A stretch of DNA of 12,034 nt from positions 1-12,034 of the forward strand of contig JANRJA010000107.1 of assembly GCA_033764315.1 (NCBI GenBank), read 5' to 3'. The notes beneath the pieces were generated by a model that searched no databases, was not told where the DNA came from, and was given only the letters and a program-made list of their open reading frames with translations. Each line of letters opens with the position of its first letter. Position 1 is the stretch's first letter. The stretch comes from Oculatellaceae cyanobacterium bins.114 (GTDB taxonomy: Bacteria; Cyanobacteriota; Cyanobacteriia; Elainellales; Elainellaceae). Both the position numbers and the translations under genes were made by a program. Positions 1 to 7,915 of this stretch are shown one piece after another.

Positions 1-118
1 GATGGAGCGGTGTAAAATCCTGGTCAAGAACTTTGAGCGGACGCTTGCCAATGCCACGACTAAACTCAACCTTTGCTTCATTCGGCTTATGATTAAGCGG
101 CTTGCAGCCTCTCCTTAA
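1..118 (+). CDS. C-terminal fragment of an IS5-family transposase (gene begins upstream of the window)
   Basis: Frame 2 reads MERCKILVKNFERTLANATTKLNLCFIRLMIKRLAASP* (TAA at 116-118). This matches the recalled C-terminus of cyanobacterial IS5-family DDE transposases (..WMERCKxLVKNFERTL..KLNLCFxRLMxKRLA). Not in the supplied ORF track. Confidence 0.85.
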   Translation, partial: MERCKILVKNFERTLANATTKLNLCFIRLMIKRLAASP

Positions 119-136
119 GATCTCAAATGGGTTCTA
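1..136 (+). mobile_element. Right end of an IS5-family insertion sequence, with putative right terminal inverted repeat (AGATCTCAAATGGGTTCTA, about 118-136)
   Basis: The transposase stop is followed directly by a short segment resembling cyanobacterial IS5 ends, then host sequence. The exact boundary is uncertain because the left end is outside the window. Confidence 0.65.
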
Positions 137-137
137 T

Positions 138-171
138 AAAACAAGAAGAGGGCACCTATTGGTACCCCCTT
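138..171 (-). terminator. Rho-independent terminator of the 213-455 gene
   Basis: Minus strand reads AAGGGGGTACC-AATA-GGTGCCCTCTT-CTTGTTTT. The 11-bp stem pairs fully only on the minus strand (two G-U wobbles) and is followed by a U-rich tail, about 40 nt after the stop codon. Confidence 0.75.
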
Positions 172-212
172 GCTGGTGGATATGACGTCATACATTAATT
201 ACGCCTAAAAAA

Positions 213-455
213 TTACGCCTGAAATGGGTTTTGTCCAATGCCGAGTTCTTCTTTGCTGCGTTGGAGTTGTTCCCACAGAGATTTTATTTGCTGGAAGGAC
301 TCGTACGGAGACAGTTTGCCATTGCTCTCTAACCCGCAAATTAAACTGACTCGTTGAGAAAACTCTTGCAAGTTTGCGTTAAACACTAAATTTTCAGGTT
401 TGACCTCCCCGTAATAACGAACATGTGGGTATAAGAATTGAGACTTGTCTGACAT
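213..455 (-). CDS. Conserved cyanobacterial small hypothetical protein (80 aa; recalled as DUF7219-like)
   Basis: Motif FLYP..RYYG..KPENLVFNANLQEFSQRV..IC.LE.NGK.SP is characteristic of a widespread cyanobacterial family. ATG start and a downstream terminator are present. Confidence 0.85.
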   Translation of the reverse strand: MSDKSQFLYPHVRYYGEVKPENLVFNANLQEFSQRVSLICGLESNGKLSPYESFQQIKSLWEQLQRSKEELGIGQNPFQA

Positions 456-519
456 GGCTTCCCCCCTTTGAAATGGAGATGATTTAGGACAGGACGGGCG
501 ATCGGTGAGAAGTTTACCT

Positions 520-549
520 CTTAACCAGAATTTAACCTTAACTTAAACT
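520..549 (+). promoter_or_regulatory. Putative Pho box (SphR/PhoB-type binding site), three 8-bp direct repeats
   Basis: CTTAACCA-gaa-TTTAACCT-taa-CTTAAACT with an 11-bp period. Matches the cyanobacterial PyTTAAPyPy(T/A) repeat, with one mismatch in the third unit. A -10-like TATAGT lies at 561-566. Confidence 0.6.
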
Positions 550-859
550 AGCCAAGTTGGTATAGTATTCTGCCAAAAGTTCAAGAGTCCTTAAAGGTGA
601 ATGTGGACGAGGCAGGTTCTTTAACGACTCCGCTCACAGTTTAAAGTGGCTCAGAGAGGTTGTCTTAAGAGCGATTACCAGTTTTTACGGGGAAGTTTTG
701 ACGCCTCCCCTGTAAATCTACTGAGGCAGAGAAAGGGTAGTTGGGAGAATTACTCGATACAATCAAAGTTTAGTCATGCTGTGTTGCAGCATGTTACAGG
801 GGCACAATTTTCGCCCTGCTGCGTTTTAACCTCGTTTGGTACACCTGCCCTTTCTCCTC

Positions 860-1594
860 ATGTCGGCTAATCAAAAGTTATACGAAGGCAAAGCTAAAAT
901 CCTCTATTCAACGGATGATTCAGAGGTTTTATTGACTCGGTTTAAGGATGATGCCACTGCATTTAATGCTCAAAAGCGAGGCAGCATCCAGGGTAAAGGC
1001 GAGATCAACTGTGCCATTTCAACTCACTTATTTCGATTGTTAGAAGCTCGTGGCATTCAAACGCACTTCATCGATCGTCCTGCACCTAACGAAATGAGGG
1101 TTCGAGCCGTCAAAATTGTGCCTTTAGAAGTTGTTGTCAGGAACATTGCAGCGGGTAGTCTCTGTCATCAAACTGGTCTGCCACTGGGTCTGGTTTTGCC
1201 TCACCCTCTGGTAGAGTTCTATTACAAAAATGACTCATTGGGTGATCCCCTGTTGACGCGCGATCGCTTACTTTTGTTGGAGTTAGCAACCTCTGACCAG
1301 GTTGACCAGTTAAACGCTAAAGCGTTGCAGATCAACGACATCCTGATCAATTTCTTTCAGCAGTGTGGGATCACATTAGTGGATTTCAAATTAGAGTTTG
1401 GACTTGATTCTGCTCAAACTCTGCTACTGGCTGATGAGATTAGTCCCGATACCTGTCGGTTATGGGATCAGTCTGCGGCTGATCCAAATCAGCGAGTGTT
1501 GGATAAAGACCGATTTCGGCATGATTTAGGCAATGTAGAAACAGCTTATCAACAAGTGCTAGAGCGGGTTTTGGCTCAAACTGTTGAAGTATAG
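860..1594 (+). CDS. purC: Phosphoribosylaminoimidazole-succinocarboxamide (SAICAR) synthase
   Basis: LYEGKAK, FKDDATAFNA, EVVVRN.AAGS, LVDFKLEFG, LADEISPDTCRLWD and DKDRFR motifs. ATG at 860 (MSANQKLYEGKAK) preferred over the TTG at 836. Confidence 0.97.
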   Translation: MSANQKLYEGKAKILYSTDDSEVLLTRFKDDATAFNAQKRGSIQGKGEINCAISTHLFRLLEARGIQTHFIDRPAPNEMRVRAVKIVPLEVVVRNIAAGSLCHQTGLPLGLVLPHPLVEFYYKNDSLGDPLLTRDRLLLLELATSDQVDQLNAKALQINDILINFFQQCGITLVDFKLEFGLDSAQTLLLADEISPDTCRLWDQSAADPNQRVLDKDRFRHDLGNVETAYQQVLERVLAQTVEV

Positions 1595-1718
1595 GGGTAA
1601 GCAATGCTGTAAAATCTTGGCGTTTGAGGCAAATTGCATTTTTTGTATTTTTCGTTTACTGTTTTGCTTTGCTTTCGGCAAGTCGTGGTGTGTGGCAGTG
1701 TCTAATAGCTCATCCAAT

Positions 1719-4046
1719 ATGCGCGTTTCCCCTTTTTTGTTGGCAGTTCTTACTGCTTCGGCGGCTTTTGGTTTTTCTCGTCCAGTTGGTGCACAAACTC
1801 CCGCACCCTTGCAGCGGGCTGAAAACACAGATATTGCAGCGATCGCCGCATCCTCTAGCACGGCTCCCTCAATCGATGGGGAAGCGTCGGAAGCGATGCG
1901 AAGCAGTTCTCCGGTTGGGGCAATTGCAGACTCTTCTGCGGCTAGTTCTCCGACCAATTTGGTCGTGCCAACGGCAACCGAGCCAGAGGTCTTTCCGGCT
2001 GATCGGTTAGCTCAAACTCCTGTGCCACCCTCAACGGAGCCACCCCTACAGCCGGGTACTCCTCCTCCTGGCACGCAAACTCCTGACCAGGGGCAGCCTG
2101 CTCAAATTCAACTCGATGGAGATGCTCCTGGTTCACCCAATATTCAAATTGATGAGCCGCCTCAGACCAGTCCAACTCCCTCTGTTGTTCCGACTCCGAC
2201 TCCACCCCAAACCACTCAGCCTGAGCCTGAACCCAGGGTGTTGGTTGCTGAGGTGGTGGTGAGTGGGGCTGAAGGGCGATCGATTGTTGTGGATGGCGTT
2301 GAGACGCCACTAGAGCAGATTGTCTACGATGCCATTGACACTCAGGCAGGGCGCACTACAACGCGATCGCAGTTGCAAGAAGATATCAATGCGATCTTTG
2401 CCACCGGATATTTTTCGGGAGTTCGGTCTGACCCAACTGACACGGTGTTGGGGGTACGGGTCACGTTTGTGGTTCGTCCTAACCCTGATCTGCGAGCCGT
2501 GCAGGTTCGAGGGAGTACAGTTTTGCCGCAATCGGTCATTGACGAAGCGTTTGCAGACCAATATGGCAAGATTTTGAATGCCAGAGAGTTTCAGCAAGGC
2601 ATTGCCACCCTCAATCAGTGGTATCAAGACAACGGATATGTATTGGCTCAATTTGTCGGTGCGCCCCAAATTTCTGAGCAAACTGGGACGGTCACGCTAG
2701 AAGTGGCAGAAGGGGTGATCGAAGATATCCAAGTGCGCTTTCTAGATAGCGAAGGTGAAACGGAGGATGAAGCAGGCAATCCCATTCAAGGGCGAACTCG
2801 CGAATTTATTATCACGCGTGAGTTTCAAACTGAGCCAGGGGATGTGTTCAACCGCTCTCAAATTGAGCGTGATCTGCAACGGGCGTTTGCTCTAGGCATT
2901 TTTGAGGATGTTCAAGTGTCCCTCAATCCGGGTGACGATCGCCGCAAGGTAGATGTCACGGTCAACGTCACCGAACGCAATACCGGGTCGGTTGCAGCTG
3001 GGGTTGGGTTTAGCTCTGCCAGTGGTTTGTTTGGTACGGTGAGCTATCAAGAACAAAACCTGGGTGGCAACAACCAGCGGTTAGGGGCTGAGGTGCAGTT
3101 GGGTGAACGGGAGTTGCTGTTTGATGTGAGCTTCACCGATCCCTGGATTGCAGGCGATCCCTATCGCACTTCTTACACGGTGAATGCCTTTGGTCGGCGT
3201 TCTATCTCGCTGATCTTTGATGGCGGTAATCAGGAAGTGCGCTTGCCCGATGAAGACGACCCAACCTCAATTGACACGGGCGATCGCCCTCGTGTGCGAC
3301 GCTTAGGCGGTGGTGTTTCCTTTGGTCGCCCTTTGGGTAATGGTTGGCGTGCGTCGGCTGGGTTTCAATACCAAAATGTGTCCATTCAAGACTCTGATGG
3401 CGATTTAAGCCCAGTTGATGCTTTGGGCAACGAACTCAGCTTTAGTGGAACGGGTCGCGATGATCTGTTCTTGTTCCAGGCGGCTGCATCCCGCGATCGC
3501 CGTAATGATCCCATTGCACCCACCAGTGGCTCTTTCTTGCGGTTTAGTACGGATCAATCCGTTCCGATTGGTCAAGGCAGCATTTTCTTGACTCGCTTGC
3601 GTGGCAGCTACAGCTACTACATTCCAGTGAGTTTTACCAACTTTACAGATGGTCCTGAAACGCTGGCATTCAACGTTCAAGCCGGAACCGTGCTGGGCGA
3701 TCTGCCACCCTATGAAGCCTTCTCATTGGGGGGAACTGACTCGGTCAGAGGTTACGACTCTGGAGAATTGGGCAGTGGTCGCAGTTTTGTGCAAGCGACA
3801 GTGGAATACCGTTTCCCGGTCTTCTCCATTATCGGTGGTGCCCTGTTTGTCGATTTTGGAACTGATTTGGGAACGGCTGACGATGTTCCTGGAAGTCCGG
3901 CTGAGATTCGAGACAAGCCCGGAACCGGATTTGGCGTCGGCTTGGGCGTAAGGGTTCAATCGCCGATCGGGCAAATTCGCGTAGACTATGCCGTTAATGA
4001 TGAGGGCGATGGCAGAATTCACTTTGGAATTGGAGAACGGTTCTAG
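1719..4046 (+). CDS. bamA: Omp85/BamA-family outer membrane protein assembly factor (Toc75 homolog)
   Basis: Signal-peptide-like N-terminus from ATG 1719 (MRVSPFLLAVLTASAAFG), Pro/Thr-rich linker, POTRA region (VLVAEVVV..TTRSQLQEDINAIFATGYF), beta-barrel with VRGY motif and C-terminal FGIGERF. Located upstream of the lpx genes. Confidence 0.93.
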   Translation: MRVSPFLLAVLTASAAFGFSRPVGAQTPAPLQRAENTDIAAIAASSSTAPSIDGEASEAMRSSSPVGAIADSSAASSPTNLVVPTATEPEVFPADRLAQTPVPPSTEPPLQPGTPPPGTQTPDQGQPAQIQLDGDAPGSPNIQIDEPPQTSPTPSVVPTPTPPQTTQPEPEPRVLVAEVVVSGAEGRSIVVDGVETPLEQIVYDAIDTQAGRTTTRSQLQEDINAIFATGYFSGVRSDPTDTVLGVRVTFVVRPNPDLRAVQVRGSTVLPQSVIDEAFADQYGKILNAREFQQGIATLNQWYQDNGYVLAQFVGAPQISEQTGTVTLEVAEGVIEDIQVRFLDSEGETEDEAGNPIQGRTREFIITREFQTEPGDVFNRSQIERDLQRAFALGIFEDVQVSLNPGDDRRKVDVTVNVTERNTGSVAAGVGFSSASGLFGTVSYQEQNLGGNNQRLGAEVQLGERELLFDVSFTDPWIAGDPYRTSYTVNAFGRRSISLIFDGGNQEVRLPDEDDPTSIDTGDRPRVRRLGGGVSFGRPLGNGWRASAGFQYQNVSIQDSDGDLSPVDALGNELSFSGTGRDDLFLFQAAASRDRRNDPIAPTSGSFLRFSTDQSVPIGQGSIFLTRLRGSYSYYIPVSFTNFTDGPETLAFNVQAGTVLGDLPPYEAFSLGGTDSVRGYDSGELGSGRSFVQATVEYRFPVFSIIGGALFVDFGTDLGTADDVPGSPAEIRDKPGTGFGVGLGVRVQSPIGQIRVDYAVNDEGDGRIHFGIGERF

Positions 4047-4150
4047 AGGCGTCCATGTGACATCCGTATGAGTTGAGTTGCCCTTCTACTCCAGACAATG
4101 GTGTCAGGGTGCATGAAGATCAAGCGTAGGGAGAGTAGCTGTAGGGAACA

Positions 4151-5032
4151 ATGATTGATAGTCAATCAGTAGAAACGCTGACCCCTGTCAATTTAAACCT
4201 GAATGCATCACAACAACACACACTGGCAACAGCGTTTGAGCGATCGGGTGTTGGGTTGCATTCAGGAGTCACTGTTGGTGTGCGGGTATTGCCCGCTGAG
4301 CCAGGTCAGGGGCGATATTTTGTGCGGGTTGATCTACCAGAGATGCCCAAAATCTTGGCTCATGTCGAGTCGGTGAGTCAGACGGTGTTGTCAACCGAGT
4401 TAGCTCAGGGAACGGCACGGGTGCGCACGGTGGAACATCTGCTGGCGGCTCTGACAGGCATGGGGGTAGACAACGCCCGGATTGAAATAGATGGGGTGGA
4501 GTTGCCGCTGTTAGACGGCTCAGCCTTGGCATGGGTCGAGGCGATCGCCCAAGCTGGGATTATGCCTCAACATAGCCCTCGACAACCCTGTGTTATCTCC
4601 GAGCCTCTGTGGATTCATCAGGCAGATGCCTTTGTTGCGGTGCTGCCTGCGGCTGAGACTCGGTTTACCTATGGCATTGATTTTGATGTGCCTGCTATTG
4701 GTAATCAGTGGCATAGCTGGTCGCCCCAACACGAGAGCTTTGCAGAGGCGATCGCCCCAGCTCGAACTTTTGCGTTAGAGCATCAAATTGAACAGTTGCG
4801 CCGCAATGGACTCATCAAAGGCGGTAGTCTAGACAATGCATTGGTTTGTGGTCAACAAGGATGGCTTAATCCACCGTTGCGATTTTCAAATGAGCCAGTG
4901 CGTCATAAACTTTTAGACTTAGTAGGAGATCTAAGTTTAATCGGAGCTTTACCTTTGGCTCATGTGATTGCCTATAAAGCTAGCCATTATCTCCATACTC
5001 AACTGGCTCAACGGTTAGCCCAGTCTCTTTGA
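4151..5032 (+). CDS. lpxC: UDP-3-O-acyl-N-acetylglucosamine deacetylase
   Basis: [36 protein letters not shown] and [11 protein letters not shown] (zinc-binding motifs), plus KASH. Confidence 0.97.
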   Translation: MIDSQSVETLTPVNLNLNASQQHTLATAFERSGVGLHSGVTVGVRVLPAEPGQGRYFVRVDLPEMPKILAHVESVSQTVLSTELAQGTARVRTVEHLLAALTGMGVDNARIEIDGVELPLLDGSALAWVEAIAQAGIMPQHSPRQPCVISEPLWIHQADAFVAVLPAAETRFTYGIDFDVPAIGNQWHSWSPQHESFAEAIAPARTFALEHQIEQLRRNGLIKGGSLDNALVCGQQGWLNPPLRFSNEPVRHKLLDLVGDLSLIGALPLAHVIAYKASHYLHTQLAQRLAQSL

Positions 5033-5083
5033 TCGACCTGATTCATTTTTTTTGCTGTTAAACGCTCCTATCACAACTAACCC

Positions 5084-5617
5084 ATGTCCATCCTGACTGA
5101 CTTTCATACCCCGCATACCCACGTTGATTCACCTCACGTTGATGCTGACTCTGGTCAAGCGTTGTTGACTGAGACAACCAACAATCCCGTGTTTACAGTC
5201 GAAGATATTCACCGACTTTTACCCCATCGATATCCTTTTTCACTGGTCGATCGCATTATTGAGTATGTGCCCGGTGAGCGAGCCGTAGGCATCAAAAACG
5301 TAACCTTTAACGAGCCACACTTTCAGGGGCATTTTCCGGGTCGCCCCATCATGCCAGGAGTGCTGATTATTGAGGCAATGGCTCAAGTCGGTGGAATTGT
5401 GTTGACTCAGCTTCCAGAGATTCCTGTTGGCTTGTTTATGTTTGCTGGCATTGACAAAGTTCGGTTCCGTCGTCCTGTGGTTCCGGGTGACCAACTCGTG
5501 ATGCGAGTAGATCTCTTGTTTGTCAAGCGACGTCGATTTGGCAAGATGCAAGGTCGGGCTGAGGTTGATGGTCAACTGGCCGCAGAAGGCGAACTCACCT
5601 TTTCACTGGTTGACTAA
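5084..5617 (+). CDS. fabZ: 3-hydroxyacyl-ACP dehydratase
   Basis: [39 protein letters not shown] and [11 protein letters not shown] motifs; lies between lpxC and lpxA. Confidence 0.97.
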   Translation: MSILTDFHTPHTHVDSPHVDADSGQALLTETTNNPVFTVEDIHRLLPHRYPFSLVDRIIEYVPGERAVGIKNVTFNEPHFQGHFPGRPIMPGVLIIEAMAQVGGIVLTQLPEIPVGLFMFAGIDKVRFRRPVVPGDQLVMRVDLLFVKRRRFGKMQGRAEVDGQLAAEGELTFSLVD

Positions 5618-5784
5618 CATGAAATCGGTGAGGATGGGAGGTGAGGAATAGTCTACTGGCTTAAAAGTCTATTCAACGGATGAATGACGACCGCCTCCCT
5701 CTCAACTCAGTTGGATGAATGTTTGATGCATTGCGATTACAGATTGACGATTCCACCATTCACACTCTCCCCCTATAACGACTC

Positions 5785-6612
5785 TTGACTGCTGCGATCC
5801 ACCCTACTGCTGTTATTCACCCCAGTGCAGATCTGCATCCCACAGTGCAGGTGGGGGCTTATGCTGTGATTGGCCCCAAGGTCAAAGTGGGAGAAGACAC
5901 CGTCATCGGCACCCACGTTGTTCTAGACGGATGGACTGAAATTGGCGCGCGTAACCGCATTTTTGCAGGAGCGGCGATCGGGCTAGAACCTCAAGATTTG
6001 AAATATGACGGCTCTCTGACCCTGGTTAAGATTGGGGATGACAATATCATTCGAGAATATGTCACGATCAATCGGGCAACTCGATCGGGCGAGGCGACGC
6101 TGATCGGCAATCACAATCTGCTGATGGCATACGTTCACGTTGCCCATAACTGCATCATTGAAGATCAGGTGATCATTGCTAATGCGGTTTCTTTGGCAGG
6201 TCATGTCCATATTGAGGCCCAAGCCCGCATTGGTGGCATGGTTGGGATTCACCAGTTTGTCCATATTGGTCGCATGGCAATGATTGGCGGCATGACCAAA
6301 CCTGTCCGCGATGTGCCCCCCTATATGCTGGTAGACGGCACTCCAGCACGGGTGCGATCGCTCCATTTGATTGGCTTAAAACGAGCCGGAGTCATGCAAG
6401 AAGACGAGGGCAAAACATTTCAAACCCTCAAAAAAGCATTCCGCCTGCTCTACCGGTCCGAATTCACCTTTAGCCAGTCTCTTGAACAGCTTGATCTGTT
6501 ACCCGAAAATCCTTACCTGAACCACTTACGGCAGTTTGTTCATCAATCTCAGTTACAAGGACGACGCGGCTTGACACCTGCCAAACGGAGTGGGCAGAGG
6601 GATGATGAATGA
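5785..6612 (+). CDS. lpxA: Acyl-ACP--UDP-N-acetylglucosamine O-acyltransferase
   Basis: Hexapeptide repeats (IHPTAVIHP), PQDLKY, IREYVTINR, HVAHNC, LAGHV, HQF and DVPPY. An in-frame TAA at 5776-5778 leaves TTG 5785 as the first possible start. Confidence 0.96.
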   Translation: MTAAIHPTAVIHPSADLHPTVQVGAYAVIGPKVKVGEDTVIGTHVVLDGWTEIGARNRIFAGAAIGLEPQDLKYDGSLTLVKIGDDNIIREYVTINRATRSGEATLIGNHNLLMAYVHVAHNCIIEDQVIIANAVSLAGHVHIEAQARIGGMVGIHQFVHIGRMAMIGGMTKPVRDVPPYMLVDGTPARVRSLHLIGLKRAGVMQEDEGKTFQTLKKAFRLLYRSEFTFSQSLEQLDLLPENPYLNHLRQFVHQSQLQGRRGLTPAKRSGQRDDE

Positions 6613-7802
6613 AGGTACGCCTTTTTATAAGTACGGGTGAAGTGTCGGGCGATTTGCAAGGGGCGTTACTCGTTGAGGCTCTAAAAAAGCAAGCCACTCA
6701 ACAAGGGTTAGATTTAGAAATTGTCGCTCTGGGGGGCGATCGCATGGCAAGGGCAGGGGCTGTGCTTTTAAGCAACACGACTGCCATCGGTTCGATTGGT
6801 TTGATAGAGTCGTTGCCCTATGTGTTACCCACGCTGCAAATTCAGCGTCAGGCTAAGCAATATCTTCAGCAATACCCGCCTGACCTGGTGGTGTTGATCG
6901 ACTATCTTGGCCCTAACCTGAGTCTGGGTACTTATATCAAGCGACATTTACCTCAGATTCCAGTGGTTTATTACATTGCACCGCAAGAATGGGTTTGGTC
7001 GATCAACTCACGCAATACGCAACAGATTATCGGCATCACCGATCGGTTGCTGGCAATTTTTCCTGAAGAAGCTCGGTATTACCAACAACGAGGCGCATCT
7101 GTTACTCATGTTGGGCATCCCCTGCTCGATCGTTTGCAAAATAGCCCCAATCGAGAGCAGGCACGGGCTACATTAGGCATTGACCCTGAGCAAACGGCGA
7201 TCGCCCTGATCCCGGCATCACGGCGTCAAGAACTGAAATATTTGGTGCCTGTGATCTTTCAAGCGGCTCAACAGATTCAGTCAAGTCTACCCCACGTTCA
7301 TTTTTGGATTCCACTGTCCTTAGAGGTCTATCGACACCCCTTAGAACAGGCGATTCAACACTATGGGCTACGGGCAACCGTGATCACCAATGACTCCCCA
7401 ACGGTGATTGCTGCCGCCGATCTGGCGATCGCCAAATCAGGCACCGTAAACTTAGAAATTGCCCTAGCGCAAGTGCCACAAATTGTTCTATATCGGGTTA
7501 GCCCTGTCACGGCCTGGATTCTCAAACATCTCCTGCGCTTCTCGGTTCCCTTTATATCGCCACCCAACCTGGTCTTAATGGAGGCGATCGTGCCAGAATT
7601 TATGCAAGCCGCAGCAACTCCCGAAAATGTTGTGCAGACGGCTCTAGCCTTGCTTAAAGACGAATCACAGCGACAGCAGATGGTGATGGGATATCAGCGG
7701 ATGCGACAGGCAATGGGAGAACCTGGTGTCTGCGATCGCGCGGCTCAAGAGATTTTGGGGTTACTTGCTCACCCAACCCCAGCCTCACTACAACAGCCTT
7801 AA
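6609..7802 (+). CDS. lpxB: Lipid-A-disaccharide synthase
   Basis: STGEVSGD, LIDY, YYIAPQEWVW, LAIFPEE, VGHPL, LIPASRRQE and KSGTVNLE motifs. ATGA overlap with the lpxA stop. Confidence 0.96.
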   Translation: MKVRLFISTGEVSGDLQGALLVEALKKQATQQGLDLEIVALGGDRMARAGAVLLSNTTAIGSIGLIESLPYVLPTLQIQRQAKQYLQQYPPDLVVLIDYLGPNLSLGTYIKRHLPQIPVVYYIAPQEWVWSINSRNTQQIIGITDRLLAIFPEEARYYQQRGASVTHVGHPLLDRLQNSPNREQARATLGIDPEQTAIALIPASRRQELKYLVPVIFQAAQQIQSSLPHVHFWIPLSLEVYRHPLEQAIQHYGLRATVITNDSPTVIAAADLAIAKSGTVNLEIALAQVPQIVLYRVSPVTAWILKHLLRFSVPFISPPNLVLMEAIVPEFMQAAATPENVVQTALALLKDESQRQQMVMGYQRMRQAMGEPGVCDRAAQEILGLLAHPTPASLQQP

Positions 7803-7915
7803 TCAATTTTTCTGCCATTCGTGTATAACATAGCAACCAGAGCGATTAATCGCGTCTGCGCTGTTAATGGTTTGTCCTAACCAAGCTGGCTACCTGAGTT
7901 CGGGATCAGGATTTT

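Noticed and set aside
181..220. 12-bp palindrome TATGACGTCATA and 10-bp direct repeat AATTACGCCT around the stop codon of the 80-aa gene
   Set aside because: Short, located in a 3' region and compatible with chance or a small local duplication; no functional support.
646..870. 74-aa ORF upstream of purC
   Set aside because: GTG start, no recognisable motifs, overlaps the purC start, and runs through hairpin and promoter-like sequence.
1584..1718. 45-aa N-terminal extension of BamA in the ORF track
   Set aside because: Cys/Phe-rich translation of T-rich intergenic DNA overlapping purC. The signal-peptide-like sequence begins at ATG 1719.
1790..2235. Long Pro/Thr/Ser-rich N-terminal region of BamA as a novelty
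   Set aside because: A Pro-rich unstructured region before the POTRA domains is a known feature of cyanobacterial Omp85 proteins.
5084..5190. His-containing N-terminal extension of FabZ
   Set aside because: Variable low-complexity N-terminal extensions are usual in cyanobacterial FabZ; nothing supports a separate function.
1719..7802. bamA-lpxC-fabZ-lpxA-lpxB cluster lacking lpxD as a novel system
   Set aside because: This gene order, preceded by purC, is the usual cyanobacterial arrangement as I recall it; lpxD is normally encoded elsewhere.
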